DNA from: Candidatus Latescibacterota bacterium
GTDB lineage: Bacteria > Latescibacterota > UBA2968 > UBA8231
Reading direction: 5' to 3'
Length of the DNA: 64,000 bases
Assembly: GCA_965215195.1 (NCBI GenBank)
Contig: CBDCDC010000002.1
Location: 2,976,001-3,040,000, forward strand
The notes below the pieces were generated by a model that was not told the DNA's origin, made no database searches, and was given only the letters and a program-made list of their open reading frames with translations. The position numbers were made by a program, and so were the translations under genes. Shown here piece by piece: positions 1 through 9,703 of the stretch; the first letter of the stretch is position 1; each line of letters begins with the position of its first letter.

Positions 1-2
1 GC

Positions 3-356
3 GAGGTGCCCTTTAGCCGAGCATTTGACACGCGGCGCTCTTGGGACGGCCTCTTCTTCTTTGTCGGCAGCGTTCCAGTGCTCGAGGCCACCGAGTTCGA
101 GTTCGGCTTGGAGCAGCGCTCTTTCTCCGACCTCAAAGGGGGAGAAGACGAGTTGGCGGCAGGGCTTTTCACCGGGGATTTTCGCGGCTCGGTTTTGGCG
201 TTGCAACTCACCAATATCAGCCAATACCTAGGCTATCAGCTAACCACTCAGGTGGGCATCCGCCTCGATCGCCGCTCGTTGGAGGTTGTTGGCCGGAGCC
301 GCGAGATCGAGACTTCGGGCTTGAGTTTTCTGTCGATTATCGCCGGCTTAAAGTGA
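3..356 (+). CDS. C-terminal part of a probable outer-membrane beta-barrel-like protein (5' truncated by window edge)
   Basis: Frame is open from position 3 to TGA at 354-356. Alternating amphipathic strands (VLALQLTN, YQLTTQVGIRL, GLSFLSIIAGLK). Confidence 0.55.
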   Translation, partial: EVPFSRAFDTRRSWDGLFFFVGSVPVLEATEFEFGLEQRSFSDLKGGEDELAAGLFTGDFRGSVLALQLTNISQYLGYQLTTQVGIRLDRRSLEVVGRSREIETSGLSFLSIIAGLK

Positions 357-363
357 TTTTTGC

Positions 364-392
364 TTGACCTCATACTCTATTTTTCTTATTTA
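364..392 (+). promoter_or_regulatory. Possible sigma70 promoter for 461..1381
   Basis: TTGACC, 17 bp spacer, TATTTA in an AT-rich intergenic gap. AGGAGG RBS precedes GTG 461. Confidence 0.35.
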
Positions 393-460
393 CAAACACC
401 TGCTAAGTCGCTTTACTGTACGCCTTCAAAACCTCACACCTCTAAGAAGGAGGTTCCGCT

Positions 461-1381
461 GTGAAGAACGTATTATCCGCCTTATTTGCCACTGCGCTTT
501 TGCTCGGCCTGAGCACCAAGGTCCAAGCCCACGATCCACCCGACTTCATCGGCGCGGTGTGGCAATGGCCCGAGACGCACCTTCCGGTCTTAGATGCCGA
601 TCTGAGCGAATGGGATATCATTCCCGAGGAATTTTGGATCACTGAGCAGAGCGTCGTACAGAGCACGGCCCGGCCGTGGATCTACACCGGCGATTTGGAT
701 GTCTCCTCAATTTCCTTCCGCTGGATTCCCACTTGGAACGAGGAAACCAACCGCATCTACTGGGCCTACGAGCGCTTCGACGACAAGTACCAGTTGGGCA
801 ACGAGTCGGTCGAAACAACAGTAGATGCCGATCACTCGGGCGGCTCCTTCTGGGATCTGGAAGGCCAGAGCGACGAGGAGATCGCACGCCAGCGCGGCCG
901 TCATGCGCAAATCAGCCACTATTGGTTCGACAATGGCCAAGCCCGGGAAGGCCAGTGGAACTGGTTTTGGATGACCCAAGCCGACTGGTACGACACGCCA
1001 CCGTACTCCGACCATTCGTATTGGTTTAGCGGCACGGCGCCCAATTCCTTTGAGGAGATGCGCCAACGGGCCGAGTGGTGGAGCGTCTATTGGGACGACT
1101 TCAACTGGGAAGATCCCCAAGGGAGCGTCCTGCACGACTTCCAGCAGGACGAGATCATCGGCCTTACCGGGCACGTCTTCGATACCGATGCCGAGCTATC
1201 CGACGATTGTAACTGCCATTCGCGCTGGGCCATCAGTCCCAACGTTGAGTCCTTTGGCGACGCCGATTTCTTGGCCGACTGGGTGCTTTTGGGCGTTGAC
1301 GAGTCCGCCTTTGAAGGTATCGCGCCCACAGCCGTCGAAGACAACACTTGGGGCCAGGTCAAGGCTTCGTTCGGCAAATAA
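461..1381 (+). CDS. Secreted CBM9/DOMON-like protein with C-terminal TAVExxTWGxVK motif
   Basis: Signal peptide (MKNVLSALFATALLLGLSTKVQA), PVLDADLSEW and VDADHSGG motifs, acidic and Trp-rich, ends PTAVEDNTWGQVKASFGK, strong RBS. Confidence 0.75.
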   Translation: MKNVLSALFATALLLGLSTKVQAHDPPDFIGAVWQWPETHLPVLDADLSEWDIIPEEFWITEQSVVQSTARPWIYTGDLDVSSISFRWIPTWNEETNRIYWAYERFDDKYQLGNESVETTVDADHSGGSFWDLEGQSDEEIARQRGRHAQISHYWFDNGQAREGQWNWFWMTQADWYDTPPYSDHSYWFSGTAPNSFEEMRQRAEWWSVYWDDFNWEDPQGSVLHDFQQDEIIGLTGHVFDTDAELSDDCNCHSRWAISPNVESFGDADFLADWVLLGVDESAFEGIAPTAVEDNTWGQVKASFGK

Positions 1382-1410
1382 GCGGTTATTGCGCATCACA
1401 AGTGCTTTAT

Positions 1411-1447
1411 AAAAAAGGGGGAGGATTCGAATCCTCCCCTTTTTTTA
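1411..1447. terminator. Rho-independent terminator, probably bidirectional
   Basis: AAAAAAGGGGGAGGATTCGAATCCTCCCCTTTTTTT is a near-perfect palindrome with A and T tails. Confidence 0.9.
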
Positions 1448-1486
1448 TTTTCTAGCTGGACCATCTACCGGTGTAGGAGGTAGATA

Positions 1487-3409
1487 ATGAGAGGGAATTT
1501 GCGGCGATTTTTGTCGGCTGCTCTATTGGGGGGCTTTTGCTCTGGGCTAGCTGAGGTCGAGGCGCTCACCATATATCGCATTGGCGGCGAGGAATTGCCG
1601 CCGCCGGAAGTGGAAGTGGACTTTGCATTTGTCCAGCTATCTTGGGCTGATGTCGAAGAAAAGCGGCTCGGTAGGATAGACCTCTTGGAGGTCGCGACCC
1701 ATTCTATTGAGCCTCAGCGCCTAGATCCCGCCGTCAATCTGACGCCCCTGATCCGGGAGCGGGGCGGCGGCATCCGCTCGAACAATTCCTACGGTTGGCA
1801 ATCGGAAGCCCTGTTGGACAACTTGATGGACGGCGATCTGACCACCGCCTATTTGGGCAGTGGCCGCAGCCAGTCGGCCGACTGCTCGCCGTGCAAGAAG
1901 GGCATCTGGTTTGAGTTGAACGGACTGTTTCCCATCCGGCGCATCAAAATTTCCACCACCGAGCGCTTTGCCCACCAGCGCTTCATCGAGGAGTTCGAGA
2001 TAGGCACCAACGATGGCGATGCGCGCAAAAAGGGAACCCGAGAAGGGCAATACCATTGGCGCGGGGCCTTTCTCGATTACGACATCGCGTTCAAGGTCGC
2101 AAACAATTTGGAACCCTTTCTCGATTTAGAACTGCCAGACCGCCCCATTGCCGAAATTCTTTTTAAGGCTCCAGTCGGCAATTGGGAAATCGCCGAATTC
2201 GAGATCTTCGGGGATGGCTTTGCCTCGCAGGCCAGCTATGTATCCAATGTCATTGATTTGGGCATGGCTTCTAGTCTAGGCGAGTTGATTTGGGCGGGTA
2301 GCCGGGATCTGGGAGCAATGGTCAATCTGAGTATGCGCAGCGGCGACGACGCGGATCCTAATTTCTACTGGCGCTTCACGTTCAGAGGCGATGAGCGCTC
2401 CCGCTTTGCAGCCAGCGGCGAACCACTCACGCTAGACCGCTATAAAAAATTGGAGGAAGGCGAGAAAGCCGGGATCAGCCCAGACAACGAAAGTTGGGAG
2501 TTCTGGACGCCGCCGCTTGAGTTCGATAGGGGGCATTCCGAATTAGTGGGTTCGCGGCCTCGGCGTTACTTGCAGTTCAAGGCAGATTTCTTCTCGGAGC
2601 GAGCCCTTGCGGCCGGACGCATGGAGTACTTGCAGTTTAATGTTTCCCAACCGCCGGTGGCCAGCCAAGTGCTGGCCGAGATCGCACCGCACCAAGTTGA
2701 GGTGGGCGAGGTCGTCCAATTCACCTACAAAATCCTGCCCAACTTGGAGCGGGATGATCTCGGCTTCGACAGCATTGAGATCGACACCCCCATAGAGGTC
2801 ACGAGCATTGACGCGGTGTACATCGGCGGCGAAGAACAGAATTTTACCATCGCGGAAAAGGACGCCAAGAGCTTTGTGGTACAGGTGCCGCGGATTGATC
2901 TCAACCGCACGGGCGAGTTGCTCGAAGTCGAATTTCAGGCCGAGGTCTTTCAGGTGGGCACGGTGTTTTCAGGCCGGGTCTTCGACAGCCAGCGTCCCCA
3001 TGAGGTGCGTCAGCGCATCACTGCGGGGAACGCCGACGATCTGGCCGAGAGCAATACCCTGAGTGTGGGGTTGGGTACGGTGGCCAATCCGGCGGTCAAG
3101 GCATTGTGGCTTTCGCCGCGGCTTTTCACCCCCAACGGCGATGGTGTCAACGATGTGCTACAAATTGAATACGATCTGGTAAACCTCAGCGGTGCGGTGC
3201 CCGTGGCGATTGACCTCTACGATCTGGCGGGAGTGAAGCGATGCGAGGTGGCCCATAGTACCGCGGCCAGTGGCCGGTTCTCAGCTACTTGGGAGGGCGT
3301 GGACGATGCGGGCAACCTGCTGGCCCCCGGACTCTATCTCTTGCGTCTCGAAGTTGATTCGGACAAGGCGAGGGACGTCGAGGTCGCTGTCGTCCGGCTG
3401 ATTTATTAA
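1487..3409 (+). CDS. Secreted discoidin-like protein with C-terminal FlgD-Ig domain (LTIYRIGG type)
   Basis: Signal peptide, DGDLTTAY...WEIAEFEIFGDGF (F5/8C-like), C-terminal FTPNGDGVND...WEGVDDAGNLLAPGLYLLRL. Paralog of 32682..34613. Confidence 0.8.
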   Translation: MRGNLRRFLSAALLGGFCSGLAEVEALTIYRIGGEELPPPEVEVDFAFVQLSWADVEEKRLGRIDLLEVATHSIEPQRLDPAVNLTPLIRERGGGIRSNNSYGWQSEALLDNLMDGDLTTAYLGSGRSQSADCSPCKKGIWFELNGLFPIRRIKISTTERFAHQRFIEEFEIGTNDGDARKKGTREGQYHWRGAFLDYDIAFKVANNLEPFLDLELPDRPIAEILFKAPVGNWEIAEFEIFGDGFASQASYVSNVIDLGMASSLGELIWAGSRDLGAMVNLSMRSGDDADPNFYWRFTFRGDERSRFAASGEPLTLDRYKKLEEGEKAGISPDNESWEFWTPPLEFDRGHSELVGSRPRRYLQFKADFFSERALAAGRMEYLQFNVSQPPVASQVLAEIAPHQVEVGEVVQFTYKILPNLERDDLGFDSIEIDTPIEVTSIDAVYIGGEEQNFTIAEKDAKSFVVQVPRIDLNRTGELLEVEFQAEVFQVGTVFSGRVFDSQRPHEVRQRITAGNADDLAESNTLSVGLGTVANPAVKALWLSPRLFTPNGDGVNDVLQIEYDLVNLSGAVPVAIDLYDLAGVKRCEVAHSTAASGRFSATWEGVDDAGNLLAPGLYLLRLEVDSDKARDVEVAVVRLIY

Positions 3410-3423
3410 CGGATGTTACGCGC

Positions 3424-3478
3424 GATAGGGATCGGCCGCTGTTGCTTCGGCGACCCAACAGCGGTTGATCTCCTTATC
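3424..3478. other. Long intergenic hairpin
   Basis: GATCGGCCGCTGTTG pairs with CAACAGCGGTTGATC (15 bp including G:U), extendable by GATAGG/CCTTATC. No U tail. Confidence 0.55.
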
Positions 3479-3562
3479 CTATCGGTTCCATCTGCGCCAT
3501 CTGCGGATCGAGTTGTTCCCCCGATGTCAGTTATTAACCCTATAAACTATGGTTTTAGATTT

Positions 3563-5233
3563 ATGAAAAGTGAAATAGTACGCTCAGGCGTTCTCATCCT
3601 AGGGCTGTCGCTTCCCAGTGCGGCCCAAGACGATCTGGTGCTAGCTCATATAGGCGACCAACCCATCGCCGTCCGCGAATTTAGAGCCTATGCTGCGAAC
3701 ATTCCCCAAGCCTACCAGATGGGCAAGACCGGCACCGAGGCCGACCGGATATTGCTCAATGGACTGATCGACAAAAAACTATTGCTCGCCGAAGCGGAAC
3801 GAGCCGGCATTGGCGACGAACCGGAGTTTAAGCGCAAGCTCGAGCAGTTCGCCGAGGATCAGATCGTCCGGCTCTACAAAAGCAGCGAAATTGATCAGCA
3901 GGTCTCCATTGCCGAAGAGGAGTTGATGCAGCACTACCGGGATTCGCACCGGGATCGCGCGCTGCGCTATGCGGGCATTTTGGTAGCGACCCGAGACGAG
4001 GCCCTCGAACTGCTTGACGAACTAGAGGGTGGCGCTGATTTCCGCCAACTGGCCAAAGAGCACTCGCTCTACGAGGCGACGCGGGACCAAGGCGGGGATG
4101 TGGGGAAGTACTATACTATCGACGATACGGCTCCACCGCTCCGAAGTATCTTTTCCATGCAGGTCGGCGAGGTTTCCGAGCCGCTGCCGTGGGGCGGCGA
4201 CCCGCAGCGCTGGGTGATCGTCAAGGTTTTAGACGACGCGCCGGTGGCCTTGCGGGAGGTAGCCCAGTTCGTCCGGGAGGAAGTTTTCGCCCAAAAGCGG
4301 CTGCGGCGCACCCAAGCCCTGCGCGATTCGCTCAACGGCCAGTACGCGCCGCAAATTCACTACGACAAGATAGACCACGTGCTGATGCGTCTGGCACTAT
4401 CGCCCGCAGAGCGGGGGGCGTCGCCCGAGGGGGGCGAAGAGGTTTTGTGCCGCTATAAAGGGGGTACGCTTACGGTTGACGATCTCGTCTTGGGCGTACC
4501 GGAGAAGGAAGAGGGTTATTCGCGCAATTACGAGCGAAACTGGATCGTCGATTATCTACAGGATGTGGCCATCCCCAATCGGATATTTTTGGCAGAGACC
4601 CGCGGCAAGGGACTGGACAAACATCAGATGATCCTCGCGGCGGTGGCCAACAAGCGCGGCGATATGCTGGTGAGCGCGTTGAGAAAGCGCGAGGTTGAGG
4701 AGCGGCTGCCGCCGGTCACCGATGCAGAGGCGCGGGCCTTTTACGATCAAAATCCCGAGAAGTTTCAGGGCTTTGAGAACATTGTCGCGACCGAGATTCT
4801 GGTGGCCTTTAAGGAGCAGGCCCACAGTCTGCAAGCGGAGTTGGCCGGAGGTGCCGACGCGATGCAGTTGGCTAGGGACTATACGATTCGCAAGGAGCGG
4901 GCGCACCACGAGGGGCGGTTGGTCTTGAGTCCGGTGGGGCTGTACCAAGATCTCTACAAAGTAGCCAAGGATCTGCAGGTGGGAGATGTGGGGGGACCGG
5001 TAAAGGTGAGAGGGGGATATTCGGTGTTCAAGGTGGAGGAGAAGCAACCACCCCCGAAGAAGCCCTACCACATTTTTTCGCAGCGGCGGGCGCGGGCTTA
5101 TGTGCAAATTGCCCGGTCGCAAAAGGCGTACGTGGAGTACGTGCGCGGGTTGCACGAGAAGTACTCGGTCGAGATTTTCGAGGAGAATTTGTTGAAAATT
5201 CGAGAAGAGGAGGAAGCCGTGAAGGGGGGATGA
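3563..5233 (+). CDS. Parvulin-type peptidyl-prolyl isomerase/chaperone (PrsA/SurA-like, two PpiC domains)
   Basis: Signal peptide, GADFRQLAKEHS..DQGGDVG and GADAMQLARDYT..GPVKVRGGYSVFKV. ATG 3563 preferred over 3413. Confidence 0.85.
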   Translation: MKSEIVRSGVLILGLSLPSAAQDDLVLAHIGDQPIAVREFRAYAANIPQAYQMGKTGTEADRILLNGLIDKKLLLAEAERAGIGDEPEFKRKLEQFAEDQIVRLYKSSEIDQQVSIAEEELMQHYRDSHRDRALRYAGILVATRDEALELLDELEGGADFRQLAKEHSLYEATRDQGGDVGKYYTIDDTAPPLRSIFSMQVGEVSEPLPWGGDPQRWVIVKVLDDAPVALREVAQFVREEVFAQKRLRRTQALRDSLNGQYAPQIHYDKIDHVLMRLALSPAERGASPEGGEEVLCRYKGGTLTVDDLVLGVPEKEEGYSRNYERNWIVDYLQDVAIPNRIFLAETRGKGLDKHQMILAAVANKRGDMLVSALRKREVEERLPPVTDAEARAFYDQNPEKFQGFENIVATEILVAFKEQAHSLQAELAGGADAMQLARDYTIRKERAHHEGRLVLSPVGLYQDLYKVAKDLQVGDVGGPVKVRGGYSVFKVEEKQPPPKKPYHIFSQRRARAYVQIARSQKAYVEYVRGLHEKYSVEIFEENLLKIREEEEAVKGG

Positions 5234-6261
5234 GCATGACTAGTTGGAGATTGGGTTTGGGGGTATCGGTCTTGGGGGTCGCCTTTTGGGTCGGCTGTCA
5301 GGGGCCTGAAGAGCCGCTAGCTGTTGGTGGGACTGGGGCGATAGCTATTGGGTCTCAGGAGGAGTTAGAGGCTTGGGCGGGGGCGCAAAAGAGAGCCTTT
5401 GTGCTGCGGGGAGCGCTTTTATTGGAGGATGCGTACTTGAGCAGTATGGAGGCACTGCACAATCTGGTCGGCGTAGAGGGAGATTTAATCATTCGGCACA
5501 ATGGGACGCTGACGGACCTGAAGGGGCTGCACAATCTCAGCTACGTAGAGGGGAATTTCCACCTTATTGCCAATGGATTGATTGCACTAGAGGGGCTAGA
5601 ACAGCTAGAGCGCGTGGGGGGAAATTTCGAGATTAGCTGCAATTTTTTGCTGCGGGATTTGGATGGGCTTAAGGGTCTCAGGCGCGTCGGCGGTCATCTC
5701 TTTGTCGATGCCACGACCGAGCTGATGCACATTGATGGTCTGCGCGAGCTGACCCACGTGGGGGGCAACATCAAGATCAGGGACAACAAGGCCCTGCGGG
5801 ATCTAAAGGGGTTGGGCAGCCTCTCCGCGGTAGAGGACGAGTTGCTGCTCATATTCAATGGTGCGCTAAACGACCTGCGGGGTTTGGACGGGATTGCGAC
5901 TATTAAGGGCGGGTTGACCATTGATGGACATCCCGCTCTCAAGAGCTTGGAGGGGTTGAATGCGCTGGAGGAGGTCGGAGGTGCTTTGAGCATAAACAGC
6001 AACCAAGCCTTGCAAGCCCTAAATGGGCTGAACAACCTCAGGCAGGTGGGTAAAAGCCTCTACATTGGCGGCAACCCCCTCCTGAGCAACTTGGACGGGC
6101 TGGCCAAGTTGGACCAGATCGGCACTAGCGAGCGGGACTTGATGATTGTGGAATTGAACCCCTCGCTGCCCATGAGCGCTGGGTACGAACTAGCCGAGCG
6201 ACTCGGATTGGCCGCGCATCAGTTCATCGTCTTCGACAATTTGCCGGCTAGTGCGCCGTAA
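5230..6261 (+). CDS. Receptor L-domain/leucine-rich repeat lipoprotein
   Basis: Lipobox-like WVGC, about 9 repeats of LxxLxGLxxLxxVGGxLxIxxN, ATGA overlap with upstream gene. Confidence 0.8.
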   Translation: MSMTSWRLGLGVSVLGVAFWVGCQGPEEPLAVGGTGAIAIGSQEELEAWAGAQKRAFVLRGALLLEDAYLSSMEALHNLVGVEGDLIIRHNGTLTDLKGLHNLSYVEGNFHLIANGLIALEGLEQLERVGGNFEISCNFLLRDLDGLKGLRRVGGHLFVDATTELMHIDGLRELTHVGGNIKIRDNKALRDLKGLGSLSAVEDELLLIFNGALNDLRGLDGIATIKGGLTIDGHPALKSLEGLNALEEVGGALSINSNQALQALNGLNNLRQVGKSLYIGGNPLLSNLDGLAKLDQIGTSERDLMIVELNPSLPMSAGYELAERLGLAAHQFIVFDNLPASAP

Positions 6262-7957
6262 GCTGCACTCCATACTCGGCCGCTTCCACCCCGGCAGATC
6301 GGTCCTGTGCTCTCTACTCGCCATCTTTGTCTGCTATGTAGCCGCCCTCTGCGTCCTCGAAAAACGCGGCTTTTGGATTACCGATAATGCCAACAAGTTC
6401 CTCCAAGTCCAAGCCTTAGCCAACAGCCGCTACACGGACTTTTCCATCCCTTGGCCGGGGCAAATCGTCGACCCCGATTTCGCTTACAATCCCCTGCCCT
6501 ACTATTTCACGCGCGTCGAGTCCGGCAAACTCTATTCGATCTTCTCGCCGGTCTTCGCCCTTATCTCCGCCCTTTTCTTTAGCTATTTAGGCCATTGGGG
6601 TCTTTATCTGTTGCCGGCGCTGTCTTCGCTGGCCATGCTGGCCGGCTTGGCCCAACTGGCGCGTTTGGTCTCTCAGCGAATTGCGGTGGCGCACGTCGCC
6701 GTCCTCACGACTGGACTCTGTACGCCGGTATTCTTCTACAGTCTCGTCTTCTGGGAACACACTCCGGCGATTTGCTTGGGGATTTGGAGCGTGCGCTATC
6801 TGTCGCAGTTTCTCGCAGACGCCGTCTCCAAGCACCTATGCTTGGGCATGGTCGCGGCCGGATTATCGGTCTATTTCAGAGACGAGTTCTATTTGCTTTG
6901 CCTAGTACTGGCCCTGTGTACCGCCTTTTACGCCAGCGGAGGCAGATTGAAAATCCTCGTCGCGTCGGCCCTGCTCCTCTGCGTTTCCCTCCTGCCACTC
7001 TGGCTCTTCCAATGGCTGACCATCGGCCATCCCTTGGGATACCATTTGAATACGCACCTATCCACTGCAGCCGACTGGGTCCACCATCTCGAGGTGCGGC
7101 CGCGGGTATTCTACAACCTCTTCATAGCGTCCAATCCTATTCCCGCGCTCTCCCTCGTCCTCGCCCTTCCATTGGTCCTCGCCTTTGTCGTCAGCCCGCG
7201 CCTTGCTCCCGCGGTCTGGCAAAAGGCCGTGCCCATATATAGTGCCTTGGCCTTGATAAGCGCCGGTGTATCCCTCGGGGGCTACTTCTTCTACGCCAGC
7301 CCCATTGACTACATGCTCAAATCGTCCAATGCCCTCTTTGTCTCGGCCCCTTTTGTAGCCCTAGCCTTCTTGCGTTCCGCCGATTCTGACGCTTTTCCTT
7401 TTAGACGCTGGATTTGGCTGGTCGCCCTGAGCTTTGCCGCACTCTACGCTTTGGCCGCGCCCAAGGTGGGTTCCATGGGCATTCACTGGGGCAACCGCTA
7501 CCTCCTAATCCTCTACCCGCTCTTCGCGGTTTTAGCGGCCGAAAACTTGATTGACTGGCTAGGACGCCAGCGGGCCTACTTCAGCGTAGGCGTCCTCGCT
7601 GTGGGGCTCAGCTTTGCCGCCCAAGTGTATGGAGTTTCGCTTCTCGCGCAGAAGAAAGCCTTCTCCTATCGCCTCAACAGCGCGATGCGCCAGCGCAGCG
7701 AAGAGGTCGTCATCACCAACCTGCGCTGGGTTCCCCACGCCTTGTGCAGCGAATTTTACCAAAGGCCCTTCTTCTACGTCGCCACCCCCAGACACTACGA
7801 GCGCCTGTTGCAACGCCTTTCAGACCGGGGGTACAAGTCCTATATTTTTCTCGCCCAGCACCGCGGCGGCCCTCTACAACCCACTGTCGAAGTAGAAGAC
7901 GGCCCCTTGAATTACTTCGCTCTCCAGTTCTTTGCTGAAAAAATTCCCGCTCCTTAG
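6251..7957 (+). CDS. Polytopic membrane protein, putative GT-C fold glycosyltransferase
   Basis: Many TM helices, first loop WITDNANKFLQVQAL, FWEHTPA and HWGNRYLL motifs. Confidence 0.6.
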   Translation: MRRKLHSILGRFHPGRSVLCSLLAIFVCYVAALCVLEKRGFWITDNANKFLQVQALANSRYTDFSIPWPGQIVDPDFAYNPLPYYFTRVESGKLYSIFSPVFALISALFFSYLGHWGLYLLPALSSLAMLAGLAQLARLVSQRIAVAHVAVLTTGLCTPVFFYSLVFWEHTPAICLGIWSVRYLSQFLADAVSKHLCLGMVAAGLSVYFRDEFYLLCLVLALCTAFYASGGRLKILVASALLLCVSLLPLWLFQWLTIGHPLGYHLNTHLSTAADWVHHLEVRPRVFYNLFIASNPIPALSLVLALPLVLAFVVSPRLAPAVWQKAVPIYSALALISAGVSLGGYFFYASPIDYMLKSSNALFVSAPFVALAFLRSADSDAFPFRRWIWLVALSFAALYALAAPKVGSMGIHWGNRYLLILYPLFAVLAAENLIDWLGRQRAYFSVGVLAVGLSFAAQVYGVSLLAQKKAFSYRLNSAMRQRSEEVVITNLRWVPHALCSEFYQRPFFYVATPRHYERLLQRLSDRGYKSYIFLAQHRGGPLQPTVEVEDGPLNYFALQFFAEKIPAP

Positions 7958-7992
7958 GCTATGGCGGTCACACGGCTCTCGCAGCAAAAGCG

Positions 7993-9636
7993 ATGTACGC
8001 GCTAGCAAACGGGGTCTTCATTCTCCTGTGTGCGGCCCTCCTATCAGCCCAACCCCTACCCACTCAGTTCACCGATCAAGCCGCCGCACTCGGCATCACT
8101 GCGCTGAACGTCTCGGGCAGCACCCAAGAATACATCGTTGAAACCGCTGTGGGGGGCACGGCCTTTTTCGACTACGACAGCGATGGCGACGTCGATCTGT
8201 ACGTGGCCAATGGCTCCCGCTTTGAAGGCTTTCCGCCGGGCCAAGAGCCGACCAATCACCTCTACCGCAACGAGGGGGATCGCTTTGTCGACATTACTGC
8301 CGCGGCCGGGGTGGGCGACACGAGTTGGTCCATGGGCTGTGCGGCCGCAGACTACGACAACGATGGCGATCTGGACTTGTACGTGACCAACTACGGCCGC
8401 AATACCTTCTACCAGAATCGGGGCGATGGCGCGTTTGAGGATGTTACTGAAAGAGCTGGCGTCGGGGACAAAAGATGGGGCGTTGGCTGCGCTTTCGGCG
8501 ATGCCGATCTAGACGGCTACGTCGATCTGTACGTGGCCAATTATATCGACTTTTCGCGGGACTATCCTTCCACCGTCCCCTGCGTGTGGAAGACCGTCGA
8601 TATTTTTTGCGGTCCTCGCGGCTTGCTTCCCGCCGGCGATGTATTTTACCACAACAGCGGCGACGGCACCTTGGCCGACCGCAGCGAGGAAGCCGGCATT
8701 GCCGGCGCAAAGTACTATGGGTATGGGGTCGTCTTTGGCGATTTCGACCGCAATGGCTGGCCCGACATTTTCGTGGCCAACGACTCGGCCCCCAACAATC
8801 TGTACCAGAACCAAGGCAACGGCACCTTTGTCGATGAGGGCCTCAGTGCGGGCGTGGCCTATAGCGGCGACGGCACCGAACAGGGCTGCATGGGCGCGGC
8901 GGTCGGCGATTACGACAACGACGGCTACTTTGACATTTTCGTCACCAATTTTGAAGGCGAGTACAACACCCTCTACAAAAATCAGGGCGGTGGATTTTTC
9001 CTCGACGTATCCTTCGTATCCCGCATTGCAGCGCGAGGCATTCCCGAGGTGGGGTGGGGTGCAGGGTTCTTCGACGTTGACAACGACGGCGACCAAGACC
9101 TCTTCGCGGCCAATGGCCACACCTATCCCCAAGCCGACTTGCCCCACACCAATAGCAGTTATGCCGCGCCAAACTTCCTCTACCAAAACTTGGGCGACGG
9201 CACCTTTGCCGAGGTTTCTGCACGCGCCGGCCCGGGTTTTGCCCTAGTTGAGGTGAGCCGCGGTGCCAGCTTTGCCGACTACGACCGCGATGGCGATATC
9301 GACCTCTTCGTCTTAAACCTCAACAGTACGCCCAACCTCCTGCGCAACGAGGGCGGCAACGCGGGCAACTACCTGCAAATCGCCACCGTAGGCACCCGCA
9401 GCAACCGCGACGGAATCGGCACCCGGATCGAAATAAGCGCCGAGGGTAAGCGCCAGACCGCCGAGGTGCGCAGCGGCACCAGCTTCCTATCCCACAGCGA
9501 CCTCAAAGTGCATTTTGGCTTGGGCACGGCCTCCAGCGTCGAAAGCGTCGTCCTCCACTGGCCCAGTGGCGCGGTCCAGACTCTGCGCGATGTGGCGGCT
9601 AATCAGGTGCTGACCGTGCGCGAGCCGGCCGATTAG
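7993..9636 (+). CDS. CRTAC1-family protein (FG-GAP repeats + ASPIC/UnbV)
   Basis: Repeated DYDNDGDLDLYV motifs, C-terminal SNRDGIG...GTSFLSHSDLKVHFGLG...WPSG. Confidence 0.9.
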   Translation: MYALANGVFILLCAALLSAQPLPTQFTDQAAALGITALNVSGSTQEYIVETAVGGTAFFDYDSDGDVDLYVANGSRFEGFPPGQEPTNHLYRNEGDRFVDITAAAGVGDTSWSMGCAAADYDNDGDLDLYVTNYGRNTFYQNRGDGAFEDVTERAGVGDKRWGVGCAFGDADLDGYVDLYVANYIDFSRDYPSTVPCVWKTVDIFCGPRGLLPAGDVFYHNSGDGTLADRSEEAGIAGAKYYGYGVVFGDFDRNGWPDIFVANDSAPNNLYQNQGNGTFVDEGLSAGVAYSGDGTEQGCMGAAVGDYDNDGYFDIFVTNFEGEYNTLYKNQGGGFFLDVSFVSRIAARGIPEVGWGAGFFDVDNDGDQDLFAANGHTYPQADLPHTNSSYAAPNFLYQNLGDGTFAEVSARAGPGFALVEVSRGASFADYDRDGDIDLFVLNLNSTPNLLRNEGGNAGNYLQIATVGTRSNRDGIGTRIEISAEGKRQTAEVRSGTSFLSHSDLKVHFGLGTASSVESVVLHWPSGAVQTLRDVAANQVLTVREPAD

Positions 9637-9703
9637 GAACTGACGCTACGCAGCGTTCAGGCGTTGGTGCTCCTTGATTGCAGGGAATAACGATCGTTAT
9701 TCC

